Positions 32,229 through 43,052 are shown, counted from the first letter of the stretch. The stretch is DNA of 64,000 bases from Paramoeba atlantica (GCA_977017575.1 CDRNVI010000015.1:124001-188000), one strand, 5' to 3'. The notes: a model not told the origin generated them from the sequence alone. Program-made: numbers and translations.

Positions 32229-33767
32229 ATGCAATTTTCTCATCGTTGTCTTCGAAGCCCATTTCTGGGGTTGACTCGCAGGGTAATCTTATGCAACATT
32301 CAAACCGCATATCTCGCTCAACAAGCTACCCCAGCAATCAGTGCGGTCACCTTTGCCAGCACACGAGGTCTAGCAAGCGAGGCCCTCAGTAAGACCGATG
32401 ACGGGAAAGTAGTCGCCGCTCCCTCAATGGATCGGGTCTGGGAATTGTGGAGTGAGGGAAATCTTTTTGCTCTGCCTATCGCGGAGCTACAAGCGTTTCT
32501 TCGCGAACAGAAGGTCCCCGTAGACTTGACATGGAAAAAGACAACTCTAGTCAAACAAGTAGAGGAGTTAGTGGGCAAACAGAAAAATACAGGACGGAAT
32601 GTGAAGGATATTACCCCAGTCTCCGGTTTAGCCAAAACCGCAGAGGGTCCCGGAGGTGCGCTCAATCCCGCGGATGTCTACGGAGAGCTCGCCGGTGACG
32701 GCATCCTCGAGAGTCAGACCTTTGTGGACGTGCAACAAAGTGGGCTCTACACGGGTGCCGATGCCATGGGTCCGATCATCCCCCGTGCATTTCAGCTTAT
32801 GCATGAGTCCATCTGTCCCGACGTCCTACTCAGTCGTATCAACACCTCCGCATTTCCCGGGGGAAATGCCACTCTCCAGGCCTTTACTTTAATCCAAGCT
32901 AAGGCCGCGAGTGCGAACAAAGCTCGCTTTAACAAAGCCTTCCAGTGGTGTGTGATGAATTTATGGAATATGAATATGGACGGGGAGGCTCATGTCTCCC
33001 TCGGGCGTCTGTTGTTGTGGAAAGGAGCGCAGGGGAAGCAAGTCCAAGCCCCGCTCCCCGGGGGCGCCGATGAGTACCAGACGCTGTGGACGCTGCAGCA
33101 ACAGCTCCAGGCGGCGCAACCCTACAGCTGGCTTGGTATTGCCCATGGCGATTGTGGAAAACATGTTGCGGAGTTCCTGTCACAGAACGGGTGGACGGAG
33201 ACGCAAAATGGGGAAACCACCACGACCTATCGTGTCAGTGTGCAGCGACAAAAAGAAGTCCTGGAGGGGGAAGTGGGGGTAGACGGAAAGACGATTAGCT
33301 TACAAAAAAGCTGGGAGCGGTTTCTACTTACGTTCTACGTACGAGACGCCATGCCCGATGTGCGTATCCAGCTTCGCGCACGTATGCCACTGAAAAAGAA
33401 GACGGCAGAAATGTTTCAGAACGTGAATTTGATTAACGTCCTTCCGGGTGGCGAAAAGGTCAGTAGTGCGCTCCCTGGTGATCTCGGCGAGGTTGTCTAT
33501 GTCTTGCGACAAGAGACCAAGAGTTGGGAAAAGAAATTGAACTCAGGTATTCTGTTAACACTATCAGAAACGACCACCAACGTTGCGTTTACGAAGAAGG
33601 ACACACGTGAGAAAAGGTTGGAGTATGAATTAAGCACAAAGCTACCGACGCAGGACAGCAAGCCAGATCTGACAGCGCTAAGTGACGAGCTTTGGGAGGC
33701 GGTACTGTCGTTTGCGTCGGCGGTGCAGCCTGGTATGCAGGCTTTCCGTTGTTCTCCTAAGTCGTAG
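32229..33767 (+). CDS. RESC2: Guide-RNA-binding RESC2 (GAP1/GRBC2) homolog, mitochondrial RNA editing
   Basis: VWELWSEGNLF, PRAFQLMH, AFQWCVMNLWNMNMDGE, MPDVRIQLRAR, RLEYE, ALSDELWE match T. brucei GAP1 blocks as I recall them; RESC1 paralog not excluded; upstream ATG at 32148. Confidence 0.85.
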   Translation: MQFSHRCLRSPFLGLTRRVILCNIQTAYLAQQATPAISAVTFASTRGLASEALSKTDDGKVVAAPSMDRVWELWSEGNLFALPIAELQAFLREQKVPVDLTWKKTTLVKQVEELVGKQKNTGRNVKDITPVSGLAKTAEGPGGALNPADVYGELAGDGILESQTFVDVQQSGLYTGADAMGPIIPRAFQLMHESICPDVLLSRINTSAFPGGNATLQAFTLIQAKAASANKARFNKAFQWCVMNLWNMNMDGEAHVSLGRLLLWKGAQGKQVQAPLPGGADEYQTLWTLQQQLQAAQPYSWLGIAHGDCGKHVAEFLSQNGWTETQNGETTTTYRVSVQRQKEVLEGEVGVDGKTISLQKSWERFLLTFYVRDAMPDVRIQLRARMPLKKKTAEMFQNVNLINVLPGGEKVSSALPGDLGEVVYVLRQETKSWEKKLNSGILLTLSETTTNVAFTKKDTREKRLEYELSTKLPTQDSKPDLTALSDELWEAVLSFASAVQPGMQAFRCSPKS

Positions 33768-34096
33768 ACTTAAAGCTCGAAGTGAGCGCTTTCTTCGGGG
33801 AAATCAGAAGAAAAGTAATTTGGTTCTTGGATACGTAGTGCAGATCTATAAATGTACTACACTCATCACATATATTTTGGTGCGCAGAGCACGTCACAAA
33901 ATACAATGATTCTTCCTGTTTATCTTGTAACAAGGCTGATACAACGTTCTTATGCATGCGCTTGAGAATTTGGTACACATGTATTCGATTCAGATTTTTG
34001 TGTAAGCTGTTTGGTGCTAAAATTAGTGTTTTTTAACGAGTAGGAACCCTTTTTTGTCTTTTTGAGGGTAACGGGAACTCTGAATATTAATTTACA

Positions 34097-35476
34097 ATGA
34101 GCTATGAGAGAGATAAATGCAAACAAAATCTCGGAGCCACAGAGGAGTGTGCGCTAGACATCCGGACATCCGAGGCTCCTGTCCATCACCAGGCGAGTTT
34201 ATTTGCCACTGTGGCCAACATTCTATGCACTATGATTGGAGGTGGGCTCCTTAGTCTACCCCTTGCCTTCGCCCAGGCTGGCCTTTTTCCCGGTCTTCTC
34301 CTGACGGCGGTTTGCGCGTCCACATGCTTAATTGCCGTCTACTTCATAGCTCGAAGTTGTGAGAGTATTGGTGTGTTTTCGTTCCGAGGTCTTGTAGTTC
34401 ATTCATTTTGCCACCTGCCCTCTCGCTTGCTAGGGGCGCTGGCGGAAGGGATTATATTATTCAGCAACACAGGCTCTCTGCTGATCTATGCAGTGGTGAT
34501 TACAGACTCCATGCCGGGGATGGCAGCCCACTACTGGGGTGTCGCTGGACCTTGGACGGAGAAATATTTCTGGCTTCTCACCTGTGGAGCATTTTTCCTG
34601 CTCCTCAGTCCAATTCGCCGTTTACATGAAATTGTTGCCATTGCGGTGTTTGGTTTTCTCGCAATGATATACATTTCTGTCGTATTGTTTGTGCGGTGCG
34701 GTAAAAATCTCACCGTTCTTCCAGAGAATAGCACGCACTGGGGCGTCGCGTCGACCTCTTTGCTCACCTCGTTTAGTCTAATCAATGGGGCTTACATGTT
34801 TCACATGAACGTCCCCCCGCTCTATGGTGAACTTTACAACGCGTCTCCACGGCGTATGCTCCTCGCAGGGGGTATTTCCCTTGTCATTGCCTTCCTGCTA
34901 TACGCGAGTGTGGGTATTTGTGGATACTATCTTTTTGGAACCCCAGAATTGCTCTCACTCAGCTCTGGGGGGAACTTTTTAAACAGCTTGCCCGCAGAAG
35001 CGATTGATGTGAATCTAGCCCGGCTGATGATCGTGTTTCACATTGTGTGCGCGTTTCCTATTTATGCTTTTGTCGCTCGCCGGGCCCTGCACATTATCTT
35101 CACAGGGCAGGATGAGGAGGAAAATTTTCTGCGACGTGCAATAACGGGAGGGAGTCTGGTACTCCTCACAATGGGCGTCGCACTCTTTATTCCCGATCTC
35201 GCGTTATTGTTGTCCTTTACCGGGGCTGTCTTTGGTTGTACATTTGGGATGATTCTTCCTTCCGTGATTTATTACCGAATTCATGGTGGGGCCTGGAGGC
35301 AACACAGAGAACGAAATATATCAGTTGGCGATTCCAACGTTGTACAATCGTCGTCTCATGTACCCTCCACGCACTTAATGAAGCTTGCCCCCGTTCTAGC
35401 GATTCTTGGATTCATAGCAATGATCACAAGTGTAGTAGTAATGGCCCGTGACCGTGCCTTAAAGGATACATTGTAG
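34097..35476 (+). CDS. Amino-acid transporter (AAAP/Aa_trans family)
   Basis: ANILCTMIGGGLLSLPLAFAQAG, about 11 TM segments, YMFHMNVPPLY, FPIY. Confidence 0.93.
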   Translation: MSYERDKCKQNLGATEECALDIRTSEAPVHHQASLFATVANILCTMIGGGLLSLPLAFAQAGLFPGLLLTAVCASTCLIAVYFIARSCESIGVFSFRGLVVHSFCHLPSRLLGALAEGIILFSNTGSLLIYAVVITDSMPGMAAHYWGVAGPWTEKYFWLLTCGAFFLLLSPIRRLHEIVAIAVFGFLAMIYISVVLFVRCGKNLTVLPENSTHWGVASTSLLTSFSLINGAYMFHMNVPPLYGELYNASPRRMLLAGGISLVIAFLLYASVGICGYYLFGTPELLSLSSGGNFLNSLPAEAIDVNLARLMIVFHIVCAFPIYAFVARRALHIIFTGQDEEENFLRRAITGGSLVLLTMGVALFIPDLALLLSFTGAVFGCTFGMILPSVIYYRIHGGAWRQHRERNISVGDSNVVQSSSHVPSTHLMKLAPVLAILGFIAMITSVVVMARDRALKDTL

Positions 35477-35828
35477 GAGAGGAAAGAAATGACAATCCTG
35501 TAAATGCAGTACATGTCAAGATTGGGTCAAGCATTTTTTAGCGCATTTTTGATCAATGTTTTACACTGCCATTTAAAATGAACCCCACAAAAAGATTTAT
35601 AGCGAAAATGATACTGGCCAATCACATACCGTATCCTAATTTTCGTCATCCTTTTTCTTTCTAGTTGGTTAGTATGTAAACGAGCTTATATGGCACATGT
35701 ACTTGTTCTAACTTGGTGGCATCACCTTGGTTCCGAAATACCTGAACTTTTCCTAATAAAATCTATTCAAATAAAAAATACCCGTACGTATTTTTTAGAG
35801 CAAGCAGGCTTTCTTTTTCATTTTTGAC

Positions 35829-36659
35829 ATGACATGGGGGCAGCTTGTTATTGGCCCCGCGGGAAGCGGCAAAACGACGTACTGTACTGGCATGTACGAT
35901 TTTCTCACACAACTTTCTCGCTATGTTGTGGTAGTGAATTTGGACCCAGCACAAGAGTCGGATCCCTTGCCTTATCCATGCAAAGTCGATGTTCGAAAAT
36001 TAGTCAATTGTCAAGATATCGCAGAAAAAGAAAAACTTGGTCCCAACGGTGCACTTCTATCTGCCATGGATTATCTTGCAATGCACACGGATTGGCTTAT
36101 ATCGACTCTCCTCGAGATAGAGGAGTTCGACAAGGCCTATGTTCTTTTTGATTGTCCAGGACAAATTGAACTCTACATTCATCATGATGGAATGAAAAAG
36201 ATTGTTGCTCAGATATGCAAACAAACTAAAATGCATCTCGTAGGGACACATCTGATAGATTCTTTGTGTTGTCGAGGTATGGAAAGTTACATCGCAGCCG
36301 TATTGGTATCACTTTCGTCAATGATACCTTTTGAAATTCCTTTCGTTCATGTCCTTACCAAAGTTGATTGTATTGTAGCGCAAGATTTGTTATTTGACAT
36401 GGACGTTTACGAATCTGCGCAAGATCTATCAGCCTTTCTCGCAAGATACCTACGAAACAATAAGAAGACTAAAATATTGGGAAAGCGAAACTTTTTCTTG
36501 AAGAGCACTGCAGACTTTCTTGACAGTGTTGGTCTAGTGGAATTTTGTTTTCTTGATATTCAAGATAAGGTTTCAGTGGGAAAATTAGTTTCAATTATAG
36601 ATGTCATTGGCGAGTACTGTACTTGCGAAAATATGATCAAAACATCTTGCGACACATAG
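35829..36659 (+). CDS. GPN-loop GTPase (GPN2/3-like)
   Basis: GQLVIGPAGSGKTTYC, NLDPA, GPNG, FDCPGQIELY, VLTKVD. Confidence 0.93.
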   Translation: MTWGQLVIGPAGSGKTTYCTGMYDFLTQLSRYVVVVNLDPAQESDPLPYPCKVDVRKLVNCQDIAEKEKLGPNGALLSAMDYLAMHTDWLISTLLEIEEFDKAYVLFDCPGQIELYIHHDGMKKIVAQICKQTKMHLVGTHLIDSLCCRGMESYIAAVLVSLSSMIPFEIPFVHVLTKVDCIVAQDLLFDMDVYESAQDLSAFLARYLRNNKKTKILGKRNFFLKSTADFLDSVGLVEFCFLDIQDKVSVGKLVSIIDVIGEYCTCENMIKTSCDT

Positions 36660-36861
36660 GCCTATCAAATTATTGATAGTATCTGAATTTTCAAAACTTC
36701 CGAATTTTAATGCTTTGATAAATAAGATTAATTTTGAATTTTCAAGCTCATATCAAGAATAGCAAGTTATTGAGCTTTTTGCTTTATTTCGCGAATATCT
36801 TGCAATGAAACTCCACATAAAATCATACCGGACAGGATACCAGTAAACGTTTGTCGGGACT

Positions 36862-38778
36862 ATGTCCCCATCCTTCCGAATATGGTGCGGTCCTAGGCGC
36901 CACGCTTTGTCCCGAATCTGCTGTTTATCACGGCAATCGCAGCCCTTTGGATCACGATGTCGGATGGCAAAGTTCAGTTCCAGGTTCTACGAATATGAAA
37001 TACACATACCAATTCAATGTTTTTCATTGCTAAGAACATGTCGTCGCGAATATTCAGCCGAAAGCGCGAGTAATGAAGAGGAATGCGGACCAATTTTATT
37101 AAGCCCCTTAATTCGAGAGCTTAAGGCATTGCCAACACGTGAGGAGATAGTAAAAAATCTTAGTGAGGTACGCACGCAAGAAGAGTTTGAGACGTGTGTG
37201 AATCAAGTGAGACAGTTTATAGCACAAAATCCAACGTTCGGCGTAATTCACGATCGTAGCGATATCCTCCACCGCCTCATGGAAGCATCTTACCAAGTGC
37301 GCGAAATTGAAGTCTCGTGGAACACGATGCTTCTTTTCCGGGAGAACGGGATGCATCTGATTCGGCCTCATGTGTACGCCGTCCTTAACCTTATTCGCAG
37401 AAATATGGAATATCGTTTGGAAAATGAAGGGAGAAATCCGTCTGTGGTAATAGAAGTACTCGCTCGTCTCCGACAATTCATCCACTATATGGACGTAGAT
37501 GAAATTTTAATGGACTATATGCTATGGACACGCATCATCGTTGTACTTTTACAACTAGTGAGTCTTCTCGATAGGCAGCTATTGTACCGGGATCGATGGA
37601 GCTACAATACTACGAAAAAGCGGGAAGGGCTTTACATCGACTTTGTCGTAACACATGAGCGCCTTACTGACTACGATTTTACCGTTCAAGAGACATATCG
37701 TTTTATAGATGAAATACTTGTACGCATACGCAGTGTTGTCCCCTCTCGGCCGAATTTCGCTTTTATGCACCGCATGGCAGAGCTCATGTTTGCATGCGAC
37801 GATTTTGATCGCATGTATTCCATACTGGAAGATATGAAAGGTATGGGAATGTATTACTCGGACTCCCTTACTTCCCGCCTCCTACAACTTGCAATTGGAT
37901 TCAACTATCCAAATGCAATGCAGTTGTTCGTTGAATGGAGAGTTTTTCACGAGGGGTCCGTGCTTAATGCATTTGATTGCTTCCGTATACTGGCATACTA
38001 CTGTCGCTCCGGAGGGGGGAAGCCATGCCCAAAATGTGGCGAGTCCTTCAATCATCGCAACGGTTCCTTGGATCATTGGATAAACTGCACTAAGCCGGAG
38101 CACAGATCATGTTCGTACCTTCAGCTCGCTCGAACCTCGAAGGGGCTTTACAATGACCTTCGAGATATTCCGCAAAATTCAGACTGGTCATCGCAGGCCT
38201 TCACAGTTCTAGAATTCGCTCAGCAACGTAGCATTACTTGGGGATCCGGAGAGTGGCGCCTGTTCTTGCTGTGCTGTACCTTTTCCCCGAGAGCAGTGGA
38301 GGCAATAGAAGCCATGGAAAAAGAATATCCTCTCAAGAAATGGGATGACATTATTTCGTGTATGGTTTGTCGTTTATTGCGCTTCAATAAACCTTCAGAA
38401 CAACTTAAGCTTTGTCATCGGTTGAAGTCTGAAGGGAAATACATACATACGATGGTGCTCAATGAAGTGCTCTTGGGTAGTTACCACATAGATGACGCTG
38501 GAGCTCGAGAAATGCATCTCGACTACTGCGTCCAACTAATGCAAGCCACTGGAAGTGCTCCATACTTGTGTACACTGGACACACTTTTGTCACACTTCAA
38601 GAAGATCAAAGAAAATGGCGAAGCGACCGATCATGAGCATACGTTGGTAAATCAGATCATCCTTTGGGCTCAGCGTACCAGCGGAACTGCAAAACGTAGC
38701 TTCTGGGAAACTGTGCCTGGAACCTCTCGGAAGCACCGCACCTATCCTGTACCTGAACTTTCACATTTCTCACAATGA
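36862..38778 (+). CDS. Hypothetical, probably mitochondrial, helical-repeat protein with a Cys/His cluster
   Basis: Arg-rich presequence-like N-terminus; PPR-like helices; CPKC...H..C...H..C. Confidence 0.8.
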   Translation: MSPSFRIWCGPRRHALSRICCLSRQSQPFGSRCRMAKFSSRFYEYEIHIPIQCFSLLRTCRREYSAESASNEEECGPILLSPLIRELKALPTREEIVKNLSEVRTQEEFETCVNQVRQFIAQNPTFGVIHDRSDILHRLMEASYQVREIEVSWNTMLLFRENGMHLIRPHVYAVLNLIRRNMEYRLENEGRNPSVVIEVLARLRQFIHYMDVDEILMDYMLWTRIIVVLLQLVSLLDRQLLYRDRWSYNTTKKREGLYIDFVVTHERLTDYDFTVQETYRFIDEILVRIRSVVPSRPNFAFMHRMAELMFACDDFDRMYSILEDMKGMGMYYSDSLTSRLLQLAIGFNYPNAMQLFVEWRVFHEGSVLNAFDCFRILAYYCRSGGGKPCPKCGESFNHRNGSLDHWINCTKPEHRSCSYLQLARTSKGLYNDLRDIPQNSDWSSQAFTVLEFAQQRSITWGSGEWRLFLLCCTFSPRAVEAIEAMEKEYPLKKWDDIISCMVCRLLRFNKPSEQLKLCHRLKSEGKYIHTMVLNEVLLGSYHIDDAGAREMHLDYCVQLMQATGSAPYLCTLDTLLSHFKKIKENGEATDHEHTLVNQIILWAQRTSGTAKRSFWETVPGTSRKHRTYPVPELSHFSQ

Positions 38779-39175
38779 CCCGTATGCCAAATTCTCTTTT
38801 TACTATGTTTCGGTATTCGTAAATATACGTAGATGTATAGAATATCGTTTTAGCAGTTAGTACTCATCCCATATGGTCCTCCGTTCATTTTGTATTATGG
38901 AACAATTTGCAAGATTCCGCGCAAAGCGTTCGGTCTAGGAACTGATGCAAAATTGTGCGCGGCATGCGCACGTGGTGTTTGTTTCAGGCCGAAGGACGAA
39001 CGGGATTTGTCTTGGAGTTCTATATTTGAAACCTTTTGGTATCATTGCATTTCATGAATACATTGTAGAGCGTAGAGTGTTTTCTTTCCTCCTAAGCAGT
39101 TTGTGCTCATTCCATATGATCCTTCCATTCATTTTGGAATATGGAACAATATTGCGAGATTCCGCGCAAATAGTA

Positions 39176-39256
39176 GTTCGACCTAGGAACTGATGCAAAA
39201 TTGTGCGCAGCACGTGCACGTGGTGTTTGTTTCAGGCCGAAGGACGAACGAGATTT
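39176..39256 (+). ncRNA. Single-hairpin H/ACA-like snoRNA predicted to guide the LSU pseudouridine equivalent to yeast U2880 (copy 2)
   Basis: Lower stem GTTCG-A-CCT/AGG-A-CGAAC, pocket AGGAA/GCCGA complementary to UCGGC-U-C-UUCCU, AGA 15 nt from the upper stem. Confidence 0.85.
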
Positions 39257-39424
39257 ATCTTGGTTTTACATTGAAAACACTTTTGATATCATTAGCTTTT
39301 AATAAATAAATGTACATTGTAGAGTGTAAAGTGTTTTCTTTCCTCCTAAGCAGTTTGTCTTCATTCCATATGATCCTCCGTTCATTTTGTAATATGGAAC
39401 AATTTGCAAGATTCAGCGCAAAGA

Positions 39425-39503
39425 GTTCGACCTAGGAACTGATGCAAACTTGTGCGCAGCACGCGCACGGTGTTTGTTTCAGGCCGAAGGACGAACGAGA
39501 TTT
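39425..39503 (+). ncRNA. Same H/ACA-like snoRNA (copy 3); copy 1 at 38928-39005 has GGA in place of the AGA box
   Basis: Identical pocket and AGA box at 39498-39500. Confidence 0.85.
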
Positions 39504-39905
39504 ATCTTGAAGTTTTACATCGAAAGCACTTTTGGTATCATTAGCTTTTAATAAATATATTACAGAGTGTAGAGTGTTTTCTTTCCTCCTAAGCAGTTTG
39601 TGCTCATTCCATATGATCATCCATTCATTTTGGAATATGGAACAATATTGCGAGAATTCGCATTAAGTTACTCTTATAACTTGTAAAGGGTCTCATCACT
39701 TAATACTGGTTGTTCAGTCTTTGTTCGCACTACGATTCCTAGTGTCATCGGTTGGGAACTTTTTTTTCTTTTTCTAAAAAACGTCCATAGTATTTTACAT
39801 TATGCCGGACGGTGGTTCGAACATGTGTGAAGCAATTTCGCACTTTTAGAGAAACGTAGGATTTATTCATAGACTTCAGCAATTGAGCACTCTTTTTTAA
39901 ATGAC

Positions 39906-42900
39906 ATGAATATTCCAACACTACACACAGATGCCATTTTTCTTTCGGTTTTGTTGCCCGTATCGGATTTGATTCACAGGCGGGATTCAGAAAACTCCAA
40001 TGACTTCGTTGCTGCATACCATAGCTTGTATATCATGGGCTCCTCTCAAGATAATGAAGCCGGAAATGTGGATTCTCAAAGAAGCGAAACAATGTACAAA
40101 ACCCTTAAAATTAAGAAGAAATGCGCAAACAATGACATTTTGACTGTTCGCTTGTTTCTCAATGTAGCCAGAACACCGCCGAACACTACGGATCATAAAC
40201 TCGGGAATCAGCAAATTAGGAAGAAAGGTAAAAAGACTACGAAACTATATAAAAATAGTTCATATACAAAGGTACAAATGGGATGTACGAAAACTCGTGT
40301 CCTACTGACCGGAAGTACTGCAACGTTATGGAATATTTACCCAATAAACGAAACCGAGTTTTACGTTGCTTATAGCCTCTATTTTCCTCTGTCAGAGGAG
40401 CTCTATCTTTCCAGAGATCCGGAGTCTTCAAACGTATTTCTAACGGCGCTTAAAGCAGAGGCCTCCGTATTTAGTTTTCAGCATGGTAGATTCGGTCCTA
40501 CATTAAGTACTCTGTCTTCGGACGGTATTACACACTACGGGTTTGGCTTGCGGCCTTCGAAAATCCTTGAAATTGAGAACGCAAGGAGTGTGCCCTCGAG
40601 CTTGTATTCCGGAGAACTTTCTTTGGAAAACATTGAAGCTCATGTGAATAGTGTTATCTGTTTCGTTCCTACAGAATCGTGTCTCGTAACTTTTGTTTCG
40701 CATAAGACAAATTTCGAAAGATTTTCTGCTCTTCATCCGAAGGATTCACAGCACTACACAGATGACTCCGGGAACCCGTTTTTTTATTTTGGTAAGCCGC
40801 TCTTACTAGAAGCTCAAAAACTTGAGTTCGAAACCTCTAAACTATTAAAGAGATCTTTGTCACTGAAGAGAAAAAAGATTGAAAATAATGGGAAAGCAGA
40901 ACAGTGGAAAGCGCGCGACCAAATTCGCGTCGGAACTGTACTCGCAACTGAGCAAAATAAATTTTATTCTCTGTTCTTTCCGGAAATTCGATACGAAGGA
41001 GACTGTGATGACCGGTCAAATGAGCTCCCGCATACGTCGACAGATTCCTCCGCTAACGCCTTGGAGACATCAGTTCGGCTTGGACACCCATACCGCTCCT
41101 TTGCCCTCAAATTCATCTTTACGATACGTGACATAAAAAAGGATGAACTAATCGTCGTTGTACAGGCTCCAGACTTGGGTTTCGATAGTGATGTCACCAT
41201 ACCCGATATGGTTGAATGCACTGAATGGCCGCGAGGGGAGCCCTACTATCATGGTATTGGAAAACACACATGTGGTGCTCCCATACTATCCCCACCTTTG
41301 AATCGGCTTCGTATAGTGCCCTGTTCCGCTATCGGAGACAGCCAAAAAGGTTTGATGGCAACAGAATACATTCCTTATGGAGTAGTTTTTCCTTATGGGG
41401 GAGAAATCTCCGATAAAGTGAGTCCCTACTCGTGGGCGACCAGTGATGGTACGCATATTGTTGGTGGAAACATTATGCGGTACGCAAACACGTATCACGG
41501 TCTCTCGCAATCTCCTAATGCGGTTTTATTAGATATTTCGGTATACCATCCGGACGGAAGCTTCAGCGCTGTTCCTTGTGTCGCATTAATTTCACCGGTA
41601 TCGCCTGGTGAGATGATTCTGGTGCATTCTTATGGAAGAGATGCGGACTTCGAAGTCATGAGAAAGATGCTATGTGACAACGAGTATTTGCCGCTGTCGC
41701 AATTCCCCTCGCAAATGCTCCTCCCTGGCATGGAAGCAATGGACAATTGGTATCTTCCTGGTGACGTTATTGCAGTTATTTCACAGAAAAATAGTCCTAA
41801 GAGCAACACGCGGGTTCAAATCTACACTATTCACCAAATTTATCAAGATCGAACAGTATCAGCTTTTCGTCTTCAAGTGAAGCCAGGATCCCTGGTAGAT
41901 TTCTTTTTACGGCGCGGAAGTAAACCGGTTTCACTGTCATTAGACGAGGCGATTCTTCTTATACCTGACGAAGATTACGAAGTTACACAGAAGCAACATT
42001 CTTTCTACAGCAATACGTGTAGAGACATTACCCCTCCCCCAGCCAGTCGTTCAGTGGATAATCAGAAAAATCGATCGATAAGAAAGATGACGAGCCCTTG
42101 GAAAACTGTCAGTCCTGGCTCGAAGTTGCAATGCAGGGGACCAATCGATGAGCTCCTTATGGAGAACTGCGCTCATACTGAGTATATTACGGACAATTAT
42201 CGAAAGGAGAAAAAAACAGAAATTTTTGCTGTCCGTCTCAACCATATGGTTGCAACACATATTCACTCTCAAGGGAGAACGTCAGATGTAAAGCTTAATG
42301 CAAACGAGCTCGATGAGGTAAGAGAGTCGGAGAGGATCGGTACATTTACATCTAGTGCTAAAATTAGACCTTCAGTTGACCCTAGTATTCTCAAACATGA
42401 AAACGATGCAGAGCATTTAGGAAATGATGATAACGGAAGTCGTTCTGCAAAGCGCTATTTGCCTTTGGCGTCATCAATCTTCAAATCGCCATCAATCTTG
42501 AAATCCTCTTCGTTTTGTGTAAGATCAGCTAATCACACTCCCTTATCCTTACTTTCCTCCCCTTCTCACTACATTTCACAAAGTCGAGACCATGATACGG
42601 TTGACAGAAAGTCTCATAACTGCGAGTTAACTCAAATTTTATTTGAAACTGACGATATGAAGTTTTCTAGCCTTACCCCTCGCTCAAAGATTGGAATTCA
42701 AAGATCTAGCATAAGTAGTAGTAAGTCTATACTTCTTCCTACAGAATATCCTCACCCAAGTGATGCAATACAAGAGCATAGCATCACAATTTCGCTTCCA
42801 AACGGTCCTACTGCAGCTCTTCCGTGGATTTCTCCGCAGACTAACGCCACCACTTCTATTCATGAGCTAAAACCTCGAGCTTCCCTCGGTGTCTCTGAGA

Positions 42901-43052
42901 TCGACGCAACCAGTTTTCCTTTACCCCCTCGTCGAGAGTACGACACAGACATCACAAATATAAGAAAAGAAATGTCTGATATTACTTCGCAAAGTAAAGA
43001 ATCGTCTAAACTAGTTGAAGAAATGTATCATGATAGCGTGTTTCTTATATGA
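39906..43052 (+). CDS. Large divergent SET-domain protein
   Basis: LRIVPCSAIGDSQKGLMATEYIPYG..PYGGE...IMRYANT...NA...VSPGEMILVHSYG; an upstream TIRDIKKDEL segment may be a second degenerate SET; Ser-rich tail. Confidence 0.75.
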   Translation: MNIPTLHTDAIFLSVLLPVSDLIHRRDSENSNDFVAAYHSLYIMGSSQDNEAGNVDSQRSETMYKTLKIKKKCANNDILTVRLFLNVARTPPNTTDHKLGNQQIRKKGKKTTKLYKNSSYTKVQMGCTKTRVLLTGSTATLWNIYPINETEFYVAYSLYFPLSEELYLSRDPESSNVFLTALKAEASVFSFQHGRFGPTLSTLSSDGITHYGFGLRPSKILEIENARSVPSSLYSGELSLENIEAHVNSVICFVPTESCLVTFVSHKTNFERFSALHPKDSQHYTDDSGNPFFYFGKPLLLEAQKLEFETSKLLKRSLSLKRKKIENNGKAEQWKARDQIRVGTVLATEQNKFYSLFFPEIRYEGDCDDRSNELPHTSTDSSANALETSVRLGHPYRSFALKFIFTIRDIKKDELIVVVQAPDLGFDSDVTIPDMVECTEWPRGEPYYHGIGKHTCGAPILSPPLNRLRIVPCSAIGDSQKGLMATEYIPYGVVFPYGGEISDKVSPYSWATSDGTHIVGGNIMRYANTYHGLSQSPNAVLLDISVYHPDGSFSAVPCVALISPVSPGEMILVHSYGRDADFEVMRKMLCDNEYLPLSQFPSQMLLPGMEAMDNWYLPGDVIAVISQKNSPKSNTRVQIYTIHQIYQDRTVSAFRLQVKPGSLVDFFLRRGSKPVSLSLDEAILLIPDEDYEVTQKQHSFYSNTCRDITPPPASRSVDNQKNRSIRKMTSPWKTVSPGSKLQCRGPIDELLMENCAHTEYITDNYRKEKKTEIFAVRLNHMVATHIHSQGRTSDVKLNANELDEVRESERIGTFTSSAKIRPSVDPSILKHENDAEHLGNDDNGSRSAKRYLPLASSIFKSPSILKSSSFCVRSANHTPLSLLSSPSHYISQSRDHDTVDRKSHNCELTQILFETDDMKFSSLTPRSKIGIQRSSISSSKSILLPTEYPHPSDAIQEHSITISLPNGPTAALPWISPQTNATTSIHELKPRASLGVSEIDATSFPLPPRREYDTDITNIRKEMSDITSQSKESSKLVEEMYHDSVFLI

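Larger units (their letters stand above)
38853..39655 (+). repeat. Tandem array of ~248-bp units (three full plus a partial) encoding snoRNA-like hairpins
   Basis: Unit landmark GTTCG at 38928, 39176, 39425; second hairpin at 38853, 39096, 39350, 39593. Confidence 0.92.

Noticed and set aside
38941-39500. Hammerhead ribozyme in the 248-bp repeats (CTGATG...CGAA)
   Set aside because: The core would need CUGANGA and GAAA; the sequence has CTGATGC and CGAAG/CGAAC. The H/ACA fold with an rRNA-complementary pocket explains it better.
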